This document shows, in pieces, positions 1 to 11,403 of a stretch of DNA of 64,000 nucleotides (positions are counted from its first letter, which is position 1; each line of letters begins with the position of its first letter). The notes under the pieces were generated by a model that saw only the letters and a program-made list of their open reading frames with translations, was not told the origin of the DNA and did not search any database. The stretch spans positions 1 to 64,000 of the forward strand of contig NW_026515679.1 of NCBI RefSeq assembly GCF_025526975.1, given 5' to 3'. Source of the stretch: Fimicolochytrium jonesii. Taxonomy: Eukaryota. Position numbers and translations under genes: made by a program.

Positions 1-416
1 CATAGGTTTAGAGACGATAATAAATACGCCACTACATCAGGACAAATTTGATTTATGATTACAGCCAACTTGAAGTCATGGAGATACCAGATAGGCCAAT
101 ATAGATACCGCTCACAGAAGACTTCGAGGCAAGCGATGCCATTATGATAGGAAACCTCTCCATGAACGACAACACATCATACGCCTCTGAAGACCTGGAC
201 ATTGATAACTTTTACAACAAACAGTTCGTAATGCGTTATTCGTGGCAAAGCGCAGATGAAGATTCCAGTAGCGCTTTGAACCTACTCGGAGGCTCTGGAA
301 ACGTACATCTAATCACAAATCACAGTCTCCCGGCCCCGAGTACCAGTGTTTCATTGCAAACAACCGTCTATGCACAACGCACCATCCTTGTTGGGGCAAC
401 CGTCGATATCGTATAA
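1..416 (+). pseudogene. Putative double-jelly-roll major capsid protein, C-terminal part, disrupted
   Basis: Joining frame 1 to the 144..416 frame reads ..LKSWRYQIGQYRYP/LTEDF..NKQFVMRYSWQSADEDSSSALNL..VYAQRTILVGATVDIV. This resembles the 'YQIG..YP ... F...SG/ALN' pattern of PLV/virophage capsid C-termini. In-frame TGA at 49-51 and a 1-nt frameshift near 108. Confidence 0.55.
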
Positions 417-444
417 AAATCTTCTAATCATATAGTAGAAACCA

Positions 445-582
445 ATGCCGAGAAAACAAAAGGTTTTGAAACCAGTTCGCATCCCTGCTAGAACTAAATC
501 GGGAAAACCTAAAAAAGGTGTAATACCTCCACAACTGCTTCCATTTATCCTTGCTCGACGAGCCGGGAAGAAGATCGTTTGA
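445..582 (+). CDS. Small highly basic protein (45 aa), putative viral core/DNA-condensing protein
   Basis: ATG 445 to TGA 580-582: MPRKQKVLKPVRIPARTKSGKPKKGVIPPQLLPFILARRAGKKIV. No acidic residues; directly after the capsid gene; absent from the ORF track. Confidence 0.6.
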   Translation: MPRKQKVLKPVRIPARTKSGKPKKGVIPPQLLPFILARRAGKKIV

Positions 583-668
583 AACTTATGCGCTTTTGTA
601 CATTTCAGAATCCTATGATTCTCAAATATTACAATTATAGTCTTCTATACAATTATGATCTTTTTATC

Positions 669-2132
669 TTATACTTTTCGTGCCCGTTTTGAAGATTGTT
701 CCCAGCCGTGTTCATAAGATAATCTCTTGGGAGGTAAAGATGTTCGTGTACTTTTGTTTTTCCTTATTGGCGCAATGGGTGTATTTTCTGGAGCCCTCAC
801 GGCTGGGGAATCGGTGAAGATATCTCTCTGTGTTGGTGTTGCAGAATCCTCATTTGGGGAAAGAACTTGAGTAATCGGTTCGGCGGTTACAAACTGTTCA
901 ATTGGTGTGGAGAGATCCATAGGGGATCCTACCGTTCCAGTTGATAGGGTAGATTTTGGACTCCTATTCGGGAAAATGTCGCTTTGAGTGACTGCTGAAC
1001 TGGCAGATGGATAACTTATTGTCGGTGAGAAATTCGTAATTATTGGTGGTGGGCGTGGTCTAGCAACCCGTGGCACATCTCCAAGAGAATATTGTGTCCC
1101 TACATCTTTGCTTTCTGTAATCTTTTCCTTTCTTAAAGTTTCTATCAATCTTTGCATCGCTCCCACTTCACTTAATGCGATAGGTGTGACGCTTTGCACT
1201 TGGCTGAGAAGTCGTTCCATCTCGTCCGGAGTCATTGTCAAAGGAACATTTTTAAAACCTACCGATTCTAACATTCTTCTGAACGTAGACATTGTGGCTG
1301 TTGTCATTCTTCCAAGTTGCTCTTCTTGGGATCGGAGTTGTGTTTGCAAGGTTTGATTCGCGTTTGTTACTCCATCCATAAAATGTTGAAATTTTCCTCC
1401 AGACGAGAATATAAGATCTAACGTATCGCTGTCTAGATCCGGTGTTGTACTCTGCGTTTCAACTGTTCTAAGATCTCGAACCCGATGGAGAGGAATATCT
1501 GTCTGTGTGCGGCTATTTGACATGCTTATCTTTTCAGCAGAACCGATTCTACCAATTTCGTCCGTCATTGTTTCACGGTCGTTCATTTTTGTTACCACCT
1601 TGTTGTTACCAAGTATCGTATTTGCTTCACTCATGTTTGCTTTTTCCGGAAGGTGATTATCACCGGTTCGTTGCACATTGGATGATGCATCTCCAATGAA
1701 TTGATTCTGTTGCGCGCGAATATAACTCGGCTGATGATAGATTGTATCGCCTTTCGACGCTGTGGTTTTCGTCAAAGAAACCGTTCGACCCTGTCGAGGG
1801 AAAAGATTGTCTTTATCCAGTTCATCAAAGTATGCTTGTCTTGCACGTTCCTTATCGATAGCATGGAGCGCTTCCACAGCCTGTTTTGCAATCTGAGACT
1901 GGTACTCTCCTTCACGGAGTTTGAGTGGTTGATCTACAGTCTGTTTTATAGAGAATGCATCCGATATTTTCCCTTTGCCTGGAACGTAGAAGGGAGTTTT
2001 GAATAAACGGTCAAAGGTCTCTTCAGGCTTTCCCTGTATGTAACCGAACTGATTTGAATGGATATTCAACACTGGAGGGGAGGGAAAAGTATTGTTTGGC
2101 AATCGAGCAAACTTGTTGTCAAGAACCAACAT
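669..2132 (-). CDS. Viral hypothetical protein (487 aa) with coiled-coil, S/T/P-rich tail and basic C-terminus
   Basis: Long intronless ORF within the viral block; ends in NLS-like KRARKV; no family recognised. Confidence 0.7.
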   Translation of the reverse strand: MLVLDNKFARLPNNTFPSPPVLNIHSNQFGYIQGKPEETFDRLFKTPFYVPGKGKISDAFSIKQTVDQPLKLREGEYQSQIAKQAVEALHAIDKERARQAYFDELDKDNLFPRQGRTVSLTKTTASKGDTIYHQPSYIRAQQNQFIGDASSNVQRTGDNHLPEKANMSEANTILGNNKVVTKMNDRETMTDEIGRIGSAEKISMSNSRTQTDIPLHRVRDLRTVETQSTTPDLDSDTLDLIFSSGGKFQHFMDGVTNANQTLQTQLRSQEEQLGRMTTATMSTFRRMLESVGFKNVPLTMTPDEMERLLSQVQSVTPIALSEVGAMQRLIETLRKEKITESKDVGTQYSLGDVPRVARPRPPPIITNFSPTISYPSASSAVTQSDIFPNRSPKSTLSTGTVGSPMDLSTPIEQFVTAEPITQVLSPNEDSATPTQRDIFTDSPAVRAPENTPIAPIRKNKSTRTSLPPKRLSYEHGWEQSSKRARKV

Positions 2133-2180
2133 AGAATGGAATATATATTCTTTAGTACATGTTAAGAAAAAGAATATTCA

Positions 2181-2477
2181 ATGGGATTCTTTCAAAAAGC
2201 GAGAGGAAAAGCGCGCACATTTTTTAACGAACTGCCACAAAATATCGGAAAGGCGAGGAATTTTCTAGACAAAGCGGTTTCCGTTACTCGAAAGGGATAT
2301 GCGATAGCAGGCCATGTAAACAAAGGGATTCAAGAGAATGATGTCTTCCACGATAAAATCAAGGAAACTGCGCGAAAAGGGCAACAGTTTGCAGATCTGG
2401 GAATAAAGAGAGTTGAAGATTTCCATAAAGGCGGTGATCAATTCTTAGAACATTTACAGCAAACTCCAATCGGATAA
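2181..2477 (+). CDS. Small viral protein (98 aa) with N-terminal basic amphipathic helix
   Basis: MGFFQKARGKARTFFNELPQNIGKARNFLDKAV shows hydrophobic/basic helical periodicity; ATG follows an AT-rich intergenic spacer. Confidence 0.65.
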   Translation: MGFFQKARGKARTFFNELPQNIGKARNFLDKAVSVTRKGYAIAGHVNKGIQENDVFHDKIKETARKGQQFADLGIKRVEDFHKGGDQFLEHLQQTPIG

Positions 2478-2498
2478 TTTTTCTTTAGCAATTAGTAA

Positions 2499-5400
2499 AT
2501 GAGCGGTCTAAATTCCCGAACATCAAGTGGAATCAGAGTGCTTGAACGAACCAATCTCGTTTCTCCTTTAGTGACCAATAGTCTTCGTGCTAATGGAGAG
2601 AACGTATCAATCGATAATTTTCATTGAGCAGGCTTTCCAAAGATATCGAACGAAAATGGACCAATTTTGTTGAACGACCTTGTTGACAGCGAAGATGCGA
2701 TTATTCACAAAACCAACGGAATTGCATCTGTTGAAGTAATCCCTGACAATATGGAATTTCCCCTCCAAAGGGATGACGGAAGCCGAACTGTTTCCCTTTC
2801 AACAAACCTGCCTCTCGGAGTCAATGAAAGCGGTCTCAATTTGTTCCACGATCAGACCCTTTCAGTAGGCGATGAAGGTTTAACTGTAAATTTTCCGGAA
2901 ACGGTTGTTGAAAATCTGCAAGAACCTTTATCAAGAGACGATAAAGGAATAAAGTTGGACTTTGATGAGAATTCATTGGAGGCGAATAATGGTAAGTTAG
3001 CAGTTGTGAAAGAATCTTTGATCAGTCCTTTGACGCGTAACGTACAAGGAATATCTCTCGATATTGACTCCACATTGACAGTTGAAAACGGTCAGTTGTC
3101 AGTTGTTCAAGAAAATGTTGAAGCGATTGTTGACGAGGCTGTTCGAGTAGAAGTTCCGCTTTCGAAAGATGCAGACAAGGTAATTCATCTTGATTATGGA
3201 AAAGGTTTGAAACTCAGCGATGAAAGCAAACTTGAGACGGATATTGATACAGTGATTGTTGGACGGGGGGCGATTAGCAACGATAAGGCAGGATCTTTAG
3301 CACTCGATGACCTTCTAGAGACCGGTTTCGATTCTCTAGCGGACTTTTTGGGATCAGAAACTGATGTTGATACAACCGTTGTGCGTTTAAAGACATCTGA
3401 TGACTTTCAACAGACTGGGAACAAATTGGCTATCCGCTCGAAAGGTATGGGACAGGTTCCATTCTACTCTGCTTTAAGCGGATTCAATGGAGACAGTAGT
3501 TTTACGTATAATGAAACGCTGAACGAATTACGTGTTCCGCATGTATACGTTACAAGCAACTTCGACCCTTCGAATAATGAAGTAGTGACATCCGGGTACG
3601 TAGAGCAATTGTACCAAGCGGGTTCTGGTATAGACATCTCTGGCGTGAGTAACGGAAGGCGTATTGTTGACGTGAGAACGGACGCAAGTTTAGCAGTAGA
3701 CAGTAATCAAAATCTGTCTGTTAATCCCGCTGCACTTGTAGACAATAAAGGTGTTCGCATTGTAAACGATAAAATTGCGATAGGACTGACTTTTCAACCT
3801 GGAAATGGCGGATTGAAATTGGAAAACTCCAACCAAGTCAAACTCGCTCCATATGTCTCAGGAGCAATCACATTCGATGGTAACAATACATTCGGTGAGA
3901 AACTCACAGCAAGTAACGGAGTTAAACGCATAGAAAATGATTTGCAGTTGGATTTACAGGCTGGTGATTCGACTGTTACGGTGACAGGCAATTCAATAAG
4001 AGGTGCCTATACTGGATCTAATGGAGTGTCAGTTACGGGAAACACTATTTCTGGGGCCTACACCGCCGGAAACAACATATCCATTTCAGGGTCGAGCATC
4101 AGTTGCACATATCAACCTGAGCCGGAAACACCAACGGTAATTACCGGCGCTTTACCTATCATTGTTACTGGAGCGGATAAGGAATTCAACGTGTCTAAGC
4201 AGCCTTTGGTTATAACAGGGGGCTCCGGAATCCTCGTTGTTGGCTCCGAGGAAACTGGTTTCAATATCTCTTCAATTCAGCCCTACAAGAACCGGAAAGA
4301 AGATGATGATCCGGAAGAGAAAAATGAGGATTCGGAACCATCTGGCGAATCTGATCCTTTAACTGCCAGTGGAACGAATCAAATTATTTCAGTCACTGGT
4401 CCGCTATCTACAATACTTGGAGGCGCAATTGGTCTCATTGGCCCTGCGGCTGGCGCTCCATTTGCCACATCTGCTATCGGTAGCGTCGGGGGTCTTCTTG
4501 GAGGACCTGCTGCAGCAGCCGGAATCCTTGGTGGTTTCATCGCTGCAAGCGGTCGAGAGAGAAAGAATCAGAAAGACGCAAATGGCAACAATGTAGTGGA
4601 TTCAAAGGGAAACCCGGTTCCAGATCCAAACGGCTCACAAGTTATCATTGCAACGCTTCCAAAAACGGATGATGCATCGTGTGATGTTACGAGATTACTT
4701 TTTGACACTCCACCTCCATGTTCATATCTTGGTATCGCAGGAGAGGTCCCACAGCAGGCTGTAAACTTGGATATGCTACGTCAATACGACTCTACAATAA
4801 TACAGCCAACGTATTCAAATTTGATCAGTCAGAATACAAGTCTTCTTCAAACTGCTATCGATGGTAAAGTCGCAAAAACAGATACCATTCCGTTTTCGAG
4901 AATAACGGGTGCTCCAGATCTCACCATCTACGAGAAGAAATTAACATTTACTGGATCTATCCTTTCCAGAGATACATCTAATACCGTTTCCGTCAATACC
5001 GGAAATATCACTACCCTTGGGACACTCACATCTCTTAACGTAACAGGCGCTTTGACCGCCGGCTCCATAAGCAGTCCGAGTCTGAACAATTATCTGTTAT
5101 CCAGTGTTGCTTCAACAACTTATCAACCTTTGAATGCGCGTCTTACAAATTTTGGGAACATTGCGCCAACAAACACGTACATGCTTATCGCATCAGGTGG
5201 GAACTTCATTCAATACAGTCCTGCGGATGTTCGTGCAAATCTCTCATTGAAGAATTTGAGTTTGCTCGATACTTTAGACTACACTAGTTCGGCGTTGGTG
5301 AACAAACCTACGCTTGGTTCGCTTGCAGCACTTAATGTCCTCGATTACACTTCGGCTTCACTTACAAACAAGCCTACTCTTGGCAGTTTGGCGGCTAAAT

Positions 5401-8400
5401 CCGTTATCAATCTTGCAAGTGATGTAAGTGGGGTCCTTCCCGCTTCCAGTATCGATCCTAACATTGTGCTTGCTGGAACCGGTTTGACTAAAAATTCTCA
5501 AACTTTAAGTGTCAATTCTGTACAGACACAAATCACATCGGTCGGAACCCTTACTTCCCTCTCAGTTAGTGGTGCATCTACATTTACTGGAGCGGTAACG
5601 ATTCCTGCTCCCACCGTCGCATCAAACCCAGCAACAAAATCATATGTGGATGGATGATTTCTACAACATCCGGAAATGCTCAACCTCTTAATCCTAAATT
5701 GACTGTTATTTCCTCATCTACCCCAACTGTTAATAATTTCCTTGTAGGAGATGGAACCAATTTTGTCTCAACAACTCCATCAGCATCTAGAACAGCATTA
5801 GGGCTCGGGTCAATGGCGTTAAAGAACACCATCACGCTTACAACAGATGTGACTGGTATATTGCCTCTTGCGAACGTTGACGCCCAAGTAAGCACGAAAG
5901 CCTACGTCGATGCTCAGACATCAACAGTTGGCGCAGGATTGTCAAAGTCAGGCACGGCCATTTCAGTCAACACGGACCAGTCGGCTGTTATCACCAAAGT
6001 TGGAACTCTGCAAGGGTTGAGTGTTACAGGCGACGTGACCATATCAGGGAACGCCATCATCTCGACAGCCCCAACAGCAGATACACATCTTACAAATAAG
6101 ACTTATGTTGATACGCTTCTAAGTGCAGGAACCGGTTTAACACGTACAGGAAACAATTTCTCTGTCAATGTGGCTCAACCTCAGATAACATCGGTTGGAA
6201 CTTTATCATCATTGAACGTTAATGGAAATGCGAACTTTGCTGGAGATGTCACGGTGTCAGGAAATGTAGTTGTATCAACTGTCCCGACATTGGGGACACA
6301 TCTCACAAATAAGACTTATGTTGATACGCTTCTTAGTGCTGGAACAGGATTGACACGTAGTGGAAACGCCTTTAGCGTAAATCCTGCTCAGCCTCAAATT
6401 ACAAGCGTTGGAACTCTATCATCTTTGAATGTTGGTGGAAATGCGAACTTATCCAATGTTCAAATTGCCGGAACGACTGATTCTACCTCGACCACATCAG
6501 GTGCGCTCCAAGTTGTTGGAGGAGTTGGTGTGGGGAAAAGTGTGGTGGTTGGCGGCACCGTATTCCTAGGAGGAACAACAGCGAACCTGAATACGACAAC
6601 AGGGCAGACTCTGAATATAAATAACGCTGCATCGACTGTAGTTACTTCTACTATTGACTCTAACGCCACAAATGCCGGTGCCTTCCAAGTTGCTGGAGGA
6701 GTTGGCATCTCAAAATCGCTGACGGTAGGAGGTGCCAACCTATACATGACTGGGACTAACCAAACAATCCAATGGTTCAACACATCCAATGCAACTGGTA
6801 ATACCGGAAGCACTATTTGTGGAAACTCAAGTACGGCCGGGTACTATTCAAGTAATTCGTCCATAGGAGATATGTGTATTCGAGCAGTATACAACAACAC
6901 ACCATCGAATTTGCGAATAGGGAACTCACCGGGAACATCTATAATGGATGTTCTTGCCTCTGGGATCGTTGTTGTAAATACTACCACGGATTCTACTTCC
7001 ATAACAACCGGTGCATTCCAAGTTGCCGGAGGAGTTGGTATAGGGAAAAGCGTATCCATTGGGGGGTTCTCACCTCAACTATGGCGGGTACGGGCTATAC
7101 AAACGCTGCCACGTTTCTTCTACCCAATATGGCTGCTGGATTCTCCAACTGGATAAGCCTTGGACAGAGCACCACATCCATGAACTGTGGACAGATGAGT
7201 TTCGTCTTGACAGGTGCTGGCTCTGCAAACAATTATATCAAACTGCAGATAGCCAATCAATCATATGGTTTGAGTGTACGCGGGGATGGAGCAGTTATCG
7301 CCGAATCTCCAGTAGATTCATCTTCCACAACAACCGGTGCTTTGCAAGTATCGGGTGGCGTTGGAATTGCAAAATCTCTATTTGCTGGTTCATCGGCCAC
7401 TGCAAGTCATACACTGCAACTAAACTCCACTACAACTGATGTTCTCAAGATCCAGAGTCTTTCGGCATCGGGGTTTTCTACTATCGGTTTCCTTAACAAC
7501 ACAGGAACGATAGTTGGGGCATTCGGGTATGGTGGAACCGGTACAAGCGCTCCAAATGCTGGGAACTTTTTTCTCTATTCCGGTTCGAATGCCAATTTCA
7601 TAATCAACTCTAACCTCCCCAGTGTACAGATTCTTTCCACTATAGATTCTACTACGACAACATCAGGTTCCCTTCAGGTGAGAGGTGGAGCGGGTATTGC
7701 AGGAAATGTCAATCTTGGTAAAGATTTGACTGTTAATGGCACAATCTACTCCAATATTGCCTCAACCGGACCTATTGTTAGCAGCCATCTTGGGACACCG
7801 AACTTGGCAGCGGGGAGTTTCACGACTTTACAGATTGGAGTAGGAGCGGCTACAAATAACATGGCCAGGGTATATTTCAACTATGTTGGAGCGGGTCTTG
7901 CAACCAATACGTTGGGTTTGGGATTATGGAATGCACCACAAGGTCTTACAGTGGACGGAACAGGTAAAGTTTCTATTCCTAATGGTTCTATCGGCAGTTT
8001 GACAGTTACAGGAAACATGACTTTCACCGGGAATTTAGCAACAATTTCTGCTACAGGTTCACAAGGTCCTCTCTCCATAGACCCAAATCAGTCTTCCAAT
8101 CCTTATGTCAGAGTATGGGACGACTTGAGAACTGTAGGAGATTTTTCCGTGTGGAATTCGGCCGAAAATACCACTTGGTTTAAAGTCTCCACAAGCAGTG
8201 GTAACGTCGCGGTCTTTACCACAACGGATTCTACAGGAGTAGGAACCGGTTCTTTCCAAGTTTCTGGAGGGACTTCTGTGGCGAAAAATGTATATGTTGG
8301 GGGAAATCTGAACAACAGTGGGACTGTCTCGGTCTCGAACACTGCTGATGCAACCTCTAACACATCAGGCGCCCTTGTAGTGAATGGAGGCGCTTCTGTA

Positions 8401-9546
8401 GCAAAAAACGTATATGTTGGAGGAAATCTCAACATATCAGGCGATTTGAAAAGTCCGGCATTAAATTCGGTGACGACTCTCATTCCGTATCCGACAACGC
8501 CAGCAACAGGTTCCTCATGGAACGGCTATACAGTTACAGCCTCCAGCGAATACACGTATGCAAATGGAAACGGTTCAGACGGGTACACTGGACACCCTTG
8601 GTACGCTTACTCAAACGCCTCCATTGCTTCCAGACTGCGGTGGGCAACCGCGAGCACTTCGACAGCAAACCTAGGACTCGATGGAACAACGCAAAGTGTT
8701 CATTACTCATTATTGAGACTCCCGTCGGCCATTGCTATGAGTTCAATCAAACTTGCAGCATATCTGAGTGACGGTGTGTTGATGCCAACAACATTCTCTG
8801 TCATTGCTGGAACAACCGAGTCTGCTATGGTAACAATCGCAACGTTTTCGAATATACCTAGTTCAAGTTGGACCACAGATGGTAATTCATTTAATTTCGC
8901 CAACACAACTGCCTATACTGTTTGGGGTATCTCATGGGCTTTTGCCAATCAAACTACAACCGGAGGAGTTGCTATACGACAAATTCAGTATAATCAAGCC
9001 GTTCCAAAAGCGACCCTTATTAGCGCTTCCGCTAATACTCTGGACGTAACCGGCACATTTACAGCAGGTGCAGCAACAGTAAATACCTTAACATGCAATA
9101 CAACCGCATTAGTTAAATCAGATTTGACGTGCAGTACGAACATCTATGCTTCACAAATCATTCAATCTGCTGTTTGTATCAAAGACGGTGTTGTAGATAC
9201 GTTGTTGACCAATGGAAACGGTTATACGGGGGGCTTCGGACCCATTGGATGGAAACCTGGTATGTCCGCGGTCGTTTGTCATGCAAGTTTTATGGGGTAT
9301 ATGAATTCGAATAACACTCGGGTAACAATAACTGTTCAAATATTGGATCAATCCTCTACCGTAGTCGCCTCTAGAGCAGTCTCGTACTACTGTGATATAA
9401 ACAATTATCAGACTCGCTACCCATTCAGTTTTCAAGTGCCGTTGCTGTTTTCTTCGACGAATACGCAGTTAAGCGCAAGGATTGTCATACCAACATCTAT
9501 AACATTATCTAATTCATATCTCAACTTTTGGACGCAATGCTACTAA
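2499..9546 (+). pseudogene. Giant virion fibre / receptor-binding protein (~2350 codons), split into three ORFs
   Basis: ATG 2499 is in frame with ORF 2667..5657 across one TGA (2625-2627); 1-nt frameshifts near 5655 and in the G6 run at 7060-7066. N-terminal repeats such as VEVPLSKDADKVIHLDYGKGLKL resemble adenovirus shaft repeats. NKTYVD/TKSYVD motifs, about seven DSTS..GALQVxGGxGxxK tail-fibre-type repeats, and a late GYTVTASSEY..PWYAY..W segment resembling a discoidin/F5-8C domain follow. Confidence 0.75.
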
Positions 9547-9923
9547 GTATCAATATCAAGAACGCACGCTCGATGGTCTTTGTCTGTTCCACATAGCATT
9601 CTCAGTTGTCCCTTATCGTCTGTGATCCCTAGATACCCGCTCTGAAAAATGAAATCTTTACGGAGACGATTATTCTTCTTATTAAAAATGGTATAGATCT
9701 GCTTAAAAATTCCCCGATTCTCGTCATTTACTTTGATATATGCCATGTAACCGGGTTTGTTTAACATAGACCGACATATTCGTTCAAGACTATCGAGGTC
9801 TGCTACGCGAAAACGAATGACAAAAATTCCCTCGATACACTTGATATGCGAATTGATTTCAAAAACGTTCGGCATTGCTAATGTCTGATGTATAGTATTC
9901 AAATCCTTAATTGGTTGCGACAC
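9543..9923 (-). CDS. Viral hypothetical protein (start may be the internal ATG of MPNVFEI)
   Basis: Convergent ORF whose stop overlaps the fibre stop; globular-looking composition; no family recognised. Confidence 0.5.
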   Translation of the reverse strand: MSQPIKDLNTIHQTLAMPNVFEINSHIKCIEGIFVIRFRVADLDSLERICRSMLNKPGYMAYIKVNDENRGIFKQIYTIFNKKNNRLRKDFIFQSGYLGITDDKGQLRMLCGTDKDHRACVLDIDT

Positions 9924-10609
9924 GCAGAAAGGATGCGGAACTTAGAAGCGGATGAGTAAGGAGAGTAAGGAGAGTAAAATGAGTATGATGAGTATCAAAA
10001 TGACAGGGTGTAAATGTGACGGGCACGGAGAAAGTGAAAAGTGTAAAGGTAGTATATGGCGGATTTGTAGCATTGTAGTGGTGAAAATGGGTAGAAACCT
10101 CTGTATAATAGGGGGGGGGTAAGAAAAGAGTTTGCGACGGAGAGAGTTTTTTTTTAAGGGTGCCTGTTTATAATATAGTTGTTCTGAAAAAAAGAACTAC
10201 AATACTACAGATGGCATTTCGATAAAAGATGGAGGGTAAAAATTGGAAAAGTGACGGGATTGGCTTGAGACATGGAGGGAACGGGGAAAGTGGTGAGAAA
10301 AGGGACTGTAGTGAAAGTGGTTGAATCGGTGGAGCACAAAGTTAGGCAACGGTTAAAAAGTGATGTATGGAGTGAGGTAGAAACGCGAGGAGAAGAGGAT
10401 ATGTAGATGGGGATGGAGGCGGACCAATATGGATGGCAACGGAATGAAATTGAGGGTAAGTTTTTAAAAATGGAAATGAGAATATGAAAGGAAAGTGAGA
10501 AAATAAAGGGAGAAAACGGCGAAATCTGGGGAAAAAGTTGCAAATTTGGGTCGAAAAAACCGAAATTTACGACAAAAATGACATTTCAAAATATCGCATT
10601 TTTTCGTGC

Positions 10610-11115
10610 GGGATCAGGAAGCAGGAGATGTCAAAGTGATACTCATTCTACTCATCGTACTCATTATACTCACGCTTCTGAACATACGGATTTGAGAAAT
10701 CACGGTGAAAAGGGCCGATTTATGATTCTGAAGCATTTGTGCGTCGGGGAGGGCTGGGTATTGGAGGTGTCAAATTGATACTCATCGTACTCACATAACT
10801 CATTGTACTCGCCCAACAGATAGAGTAGTTTTGAGAAAGTGGCTGAAATAATGGCGAAAGCGACCTTTTTGTGATAGTTTGGGCATTTGTACATCGGGGA
10901 GGCCTGGGTATTGGAGGTGTCAAATTGATGCTCATCATATTCATATACCTCATCGTACTTCGCGCGACAGATAGGGTAGTTTTGAGAAAGTGGTTGAAAT
11001 CATGGCGGAAAGGACCTTTTTGTATGAGATAGACAAATGGTGAGAGTCGGTGAGGGATGGGTATGGGAGGTGTCAAATTGATACTCATTGTACACATCGT
11101 ACTCATATAACGCAT
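10610..11115. repeat. Subterminal ~150-bp tandem repeat (two full copies, one diverged, one partial)
   Basis: Units start at ~10743, ~10892 and ~11046, each with GGGTATTGGAGGTGTCAAATTGATACTCAT followed by 9-nt-period TACTCA repeats; a diverged copy lies at ~10610-10742. Confidence 0.9.
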
Positions 11116-11220
11116 GGTTCTTGGGACATCCGAATGTCCCGGTGGCTTAGATTGTGAAGGGAAAGTAACAGAATTTGACAGCGCGTCGTGGGAACTGAAG
11201 AACACGGTCTTACCCGACTC

Positions 11221-11396
11221 CTGGTTAATGGCTCATAGGTTGGTACGGTTAATGCATAATACCAGAGGTGTAGGATACATGGTTAATACATTACACCCTA
11301 CATCAGGAATACGGTTAATGCATAACACTTTCAGCAGCCGCTACGGTTAATGCACAGTGTAAAGTAGAGCCCGGTACGGTTAATGCACAGTGTAAT
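11221..11396 (+). repeat. Phased short direct repeats (GGTTAAT, mostly TACGGTTAATGCA)
   Basis: GGTTAAT at 11223, 11247, 11281, 11313, 11345 and 11378; spacing 24, 34, 32, 32, 33. Confidence 0.9.
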
Positions 11397-11403
11397 AGTA
11401 TAG

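Noticed and set aside
49..2627. Alternative genetic code (TGA read-through) in the viral block
   Set aside because: Only two in-frame TGAs; TGG is used for Trp and TGA ends the 445..582 ORF. Point mutation is simpler.
10205..11350. ORFs in the viral subterminal region
   Set aside because: By-products of purine skew and tandem repeats; translations are repetitive or low-complexity.
11221..11396. CRISPR-like repeat-spacer array
   Set aside because: Repeat core is only ~7-13 bp, two spacers share sequence, there are no cas genes, and the context is eukaryotic.
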